This document shows, piece by piece, positions 46,264-49,485 of a DNA stretch of 49,485 nt. The DNA is from Armatimonadota bacterium (lineage in GTDB: Bacteria; Armatimonadota; SYMT01). The DNA lies in contig JBKBRF010000051.1 in assembly GCA_046292385.1 (NCBI GenBank), positions 1-49,485 on the forward strand, read 5' to 3'. The notes under the pieces were generated by a model, which saw nothing but the letters and a program-made list of their open reading frames with translations, searched no databases and was not told the DNA's origin. The position numbers and the translations under genes are program-made. The number at the start of each line of letters is the position of its first letter. Position 1 is the first letter of the stretch.

Positions 46264-46701
46264 CTATCGGTCCCGGGCTGAAAGCGAATAGGCCATCTCG
46301 GCCTCCGCCACCACTTCTCCGTCTACCAGCGCCTTGCAGTCGATGCGGCCGAAGCCGCGCCGGTGCCAGAGCAGCCGGACCTCGTTCACCAGCACGTCGC
46401 CAGGCAGCACCGGCTTCTTGAACCGCACCCGCTCCGCGCCCGCGAGATAGAGGATCTGCTTCTCCTCCTTCGCGAGGGAGAGCAGGATCAGCGCACCGGT
46501 CTGCGCCATCGATTCCAGGATCAGGACCCCGGGCATCGTGGGCCGGTCCGGAAAGTGCCCGACGAAGAACGGCTCGTTGACCGTGACGTTCTTAACCGCC
46601 TTGCATCTCTCCCCCGGCACCAGCTCCAGCACGCGGTCAACCAGGAGGAACGGATAGCGGTGAGGCAGAAGCTCGCTAATCTCCCGGATGTCCAACGTCA
46701 T
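46264..46701 (-). CDS. fabZ: 3-hydroxyacyl-ACP dehydratase
   Basis: LPHRYPFLLVDR and NEPFFVGHFP...MPGVLILESMAQ. Confidence 0.96.
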   Translation of the reverse strand: MTLDIREISELLPHRYPFLLVDRVLELVPGERCKAVKNVTVNEPFFVGHFPDRPTMPGVLILESMAQTGALILLSLAKEEKQILYLAGAERVRFKKPVLPGDVLVNEVRLLWHRRGFGRIDCKALVDGEVVAEAEMAYSLSARDR

Positions 46702-47653
46702 AAGCCAATCTCCGAATCCGTCGTGCGGCGCTTACGTGCAGTGAGTGTCCCGCCTTGATCGCGACCACGCAGGCCCTGAGCCGCCCACCTACCAGGGCCA
46801 GGTCGCCGAGGAGGTCCAGCGTCTTGTGCCGGGCCAGCTCCTCCGGGAAGCGCATGGGGGTGCTGGTGCCGCTCTCGGAGAGCACCAGCGTGTTCTCCAG
46901 GCTGCCGCCGCCGCCCAGCCCGGCCGCCCGGATGGCGGCGATCCAGTCCTCGAAACAGAAAGTGCGCGCCGGCGCCAGCTCTTCCAGGAACACGTTGAGC
47001 GGCGTGCCCCCTTCCGCGGCGGGCTGGCGAGGCGGCGGGAGGAGCGAGGCGACAGTGCCGGATGCGGCGCCGACCAGCTCCAACGCCTCCACCGAAGTCT
47101 GCGCGCCCTCCAGGGAATAGCAGAAGCTCTGCGGCCCCGCGTACGGCCGGCCGAAGTCGACGGCGGCGATCACGGTGAGCCGGTCGTGCGGGGCGGCCAG
47201 GACGTGGCGGTCGCCGTCCTGCACCCAGACGATCTCCCGCAGCACGATCTCCCGCGGCGGCGTCCCCTGCTGGCGGACCCCGGCGGCGAGCAGGCCGTCC
47301 GCGAACGGGCGCGCGCTGCCGTCCAGCGCGGGCGGCTCCGGCCCTTCGACGTGGATCTCGGCATTGTCGATGCCGAGCGCGTAAAGCGCGGCGAGCAGGT
47401 GCTCCACCGTGTGGACCACCGCGTCACCGCAGGTGAGGGCGGTGCAGCGCGTGGTGTCCCCGATATACTCGGCCAGCGCGGGGATGCGCTGGCCGCCGGA
47501 GACGAAGACGATCCCGTGATCGGAAGGGGCGGGACAAACCGTCACCCGCGAGCGCCGGCCGGTGTGAAGACCGATTCCGGTGAAGACCGTCTCGGAGGCT
47601 AGGGTTTGCTGCTGCGCTGGAAGAAGCTCCGCGCCGGGGAAGGCCAGGGGCAT
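46676..47653 (-). CDS. lpxC: UDP-3-O-acyl-GlcNAc deacetylase
   Basis: GIGLHTG, TVEHLLAAL, DGSA, APARTF, HKTLDLLGD and AGH. Start is ATG 47653 or TTG 47662. Confidence 0.94.
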   Translation of the reverse strand: MPLAFPGAELLPAQQQTLASETVFTGIGLHTGRRSRVTVCPAPSDHGIVFVSGGQRIPALAEYIGDTTRCTALTCGDAVVHTVEHLLAALYALGIDNAEIHVEGPEPPALDGSARPFADGLLAAGVRQQGTPPREIVLREIVWVQDGDRHVLAAPHDRLTVIAAVDFGRPYAGPQSFCYSLEGAQTSVEALELVGAASGTVASLLPPPRQPAAEGGTPLNVFLEELAPARTFCFEDWIAAIRAAGLGGGGSLENTLVLSESGTSTPMRFPEELARHKTLDLLGDLALVGGRLRACVVAIKAGHSLHVSAARRIRRLAYDVGHPGD

Positions 47654-47866
47654 ATCGGTCAATCTTATGCTCGTGAGGGCAACGCGTCAAGCACGGGGTC
47701 CCTTGGCTCCACTTCGCCCGGACACTCTTCCCCGTCTCGAATAGACCTGTCTCGCTTAAATGTCGGCCGGAGGCAGTCGAACCCGCAGCGGAATGCCTCC
47801 GTCGTTGTATCGCAGCGATCACTCCGCCGCTCAAGTTCCAGGCAGTCGCACGTCGCGGCAGTTTTT

Positions 47867-48703
47867 CTACACGGCGCCGAACCATAACTCGACCCCTCTC
47901 GCCGCGAGCGCGTTCCGGAGCTCGCGCGAGCGGAGCGCGTCGAATTCCGCGCGCCCGGCGGGGGTGGAAAGGTCCGGGTGGCAGTGCAGCTCCGCCTCCC
48001 CCTCCGGAAGCTCCGCGATCAACCGCGTCAGGTACGCGGCGTCGAGGCGCCCGCTCCGGAAGAATCCGTAGCAGCGGCGGGTGGCGCGGAAGCCGCGCCG
48101 CTGCGCCGCCGGACGCTGCCGCGCGCAGCTCCACCCGAACCAGGCGGCGTGCGCGGCATTCCGCAGGGCGTCTGCGGGCGCGATCCGGAGGTGCAGCGGG
48201 AAGTCGTCTTCCGGAATCCTGAGCCGCACCGGCGCGAGCTTCCGCCCGGGGTACTCGGAGAGCTCCTCCAGCACGATCCGGAAGAGGGCCGGCACCAGCC
48301 CGAGATGGAGGTGGGTATCGAGGTGGGCGAGCGGGAGCCCCGTTTCCGCGAAGGCCCGGAGCTGTGCCCGCACCTCCGCCCGGGCCTGGCCTCGCACGCG
48401 TCGGCTGGCGGAGATGCGGAGGCCGGAGAGCAGGTAGCGGCGCGAGAGCCAGCCCTTGGCATCGACGAGCGCGGGAACCTCCTCGGGCGGGAGGACCGGC
48501 GGCGCGTCGCAGAGCGCCAGGTGCAGCCCCACCGCCATTCCGGGCCGGGACGCAGCGACGTCGACCGCCCCCGCTGCCGCCGGAGCGCCGACCATCAGGC
48601 TGGTCGAAGTCAGGATGCCGTCATCGAAGAGCGCGGCGACGGCCTGGTTGACCCCGGTGGACCATCCGAAGTCGTCTGCGTTGATGATGAGCCGGCACGG
48701 CAT
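47867..48703 (-). CDS. ChbG/HpnK (YdjC) family deacetylase
   Basis: IINADDFG, TSTSLMV, VGLHL, HLDTHLHL and ELHCHP. Confidence 0.88.
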   Translation of the reverse strand: MPCRLIINADDFGWSTGVNQAVAALFDDGILTSTSLMVGAPAAAGAVDVAASRPGMAVGLHLALCDAPPVLPPEEVPALVDAKGWLSRRYLLSGLRISASRRVRGQARAEVRAQLRAFAETGLPLAHLDTHLHLGLVPALFRIVLEELSEYPGRKLAPVRLRIPEDDFPLHLRIAPADALRNAAHAAWFGWSCARQRPAAQRRGFRATRRCYGFFRSGRLDAAYLTRLIAELPEGEAELHCHPDLSTPAGRAEFDALRSRELRNALAARGVELWFGAV

Positions 48704-48847
48704 AGGGAGAATCGCGGGCGCGGTCGGCTCGCGCCCCGCGGCGAGCATCCAGCCGCCGGAGGGGCAATCGCCGGCTGTACAGCCGGCCCGGCGCAGATTT
48801 TCCAATCTTCTGGTTTACAGGCTGTACCCCGGTGGTAGAGTGCTGGT

Positions 48848-48912
48848 GTGTTCCAAATCCTAACTCCCTACCGGTGGCCTGCCAGCCCTAGAGGCTTGGC
48901 AGGCTTTTTTTT
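48848..48912 (+). ncRNA. Candidate ~65-nt small RNA
   Basis: TTTACA-N16-(TGn)TAGAGT promoter-like sequence at 48814-48841, CU-rich stretch, then a strong terminator, with no credible plus-strand gene upstream. Confidence 0.5.
48877..48912 (+). terminator. Intrinsic terminator
   Basis: GCCTGCCAGCC-ctaga-GGCTTGGCAGGC followed by T8. Confidence 0.88.
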
Positions 48913-49485
48913 GCCTGTGGGGTATTGTCGGCACGATGCGGACCCAGGCCTCTCTCGGGGGAAGGACGGAAGAAGCACGAGCTTTCCGGACCGACAGGTC
49001 TGAGCCCGCGCAGGTATAGCCCCCGCACGGGGGCCCGGCTTCGCTCTCTGTAGCCTTGACTTCAGTCCGAGGCGCGAATCCGGCAGAGCTTCTCGCCTAT
49101 CCCACACCAGCATCCCGTGCCCGTCCCACTCATCCTGAGCCCCGGGCACGGTCGAGGCACCGCCCCGCGCATTTGTCATTCTGAACGCAGTGAAGAATCT
49201 CGGCAGCCGCCCTGGTCTGGAGCACGCAGCGCGGCTGACGCCGCAACCAAACTCACGGCGGCGGGGGAATGCTTGGTTAGACGAGATCAGCATCTCTCCG
49301 ACGGTCCACCCCCTGCCCTCCCCTCGCCAGATACTGTTGGCGAAATCAGCGGGGCGAGAGGATCACCGGCGCGCGAGCACTCCGGCGAGATTCCCCTGGC
49401 GGGGAAGCGGTGGCAAGTGTCACACGCTGTAAAGTTGGTGCGCCCCGGGGCGCAGAGTATGTTTTGCCGGCTGCAGGGCGGGTAC

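Noticed and set aside
49171..49202. TGTCATTCTGAACGCAGTGAAGAATCT, resembling a widespread short palindromic repeat
   Set aside because: Only one copy is in the window, so repeat status cannot be shown. The ORFs in 48868-49432 also look non-coding.

Overview
GC-rich bacterial chromosomal window from a diderm organism that probably has flagella. The gene mix suggests Armatimonadota or a similar lineage, which is inference only. Left part: an FAD/Fe-S oxidoreductase, a c-di-GMP-I riboswitch with an unusually long P3 in front of flgM, a C39-like/GbsR/ArsA/phosphodiester glycosidase cluster, and membrane and secreted proteins. Middle: tRNA-Ile2(CAU) and, divergent from it, the best find. Two annotated ORFs (to 19352 and from 19362) are in frame across a single TGA in a thioredoxin-like GHPLGCT-U-NNG motif, followed by a hairpin fitting the bacterial SECIS model. 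This points to an unannotated exported SelN-like selenoprotein, directly upstream of a beta-propeller/di-heme cytochrome c gene. An IS200-type Y1 transposase is flanked by inverted REP-like palindromes, and related non-autonomous copies are scattered through the window. Right part: a lipid A/LPS core operon (lpxC-fabZ-lpxA-methyltransferase-msbA-waaA-GT9-lpxK-lpxL-GT9/GT4 fusion-GT4-GT9) and a candidate ~65-nt sRNA with an anti-Shine-Dalgarno seed. All family calls come from motif recognition; no database searches were run.
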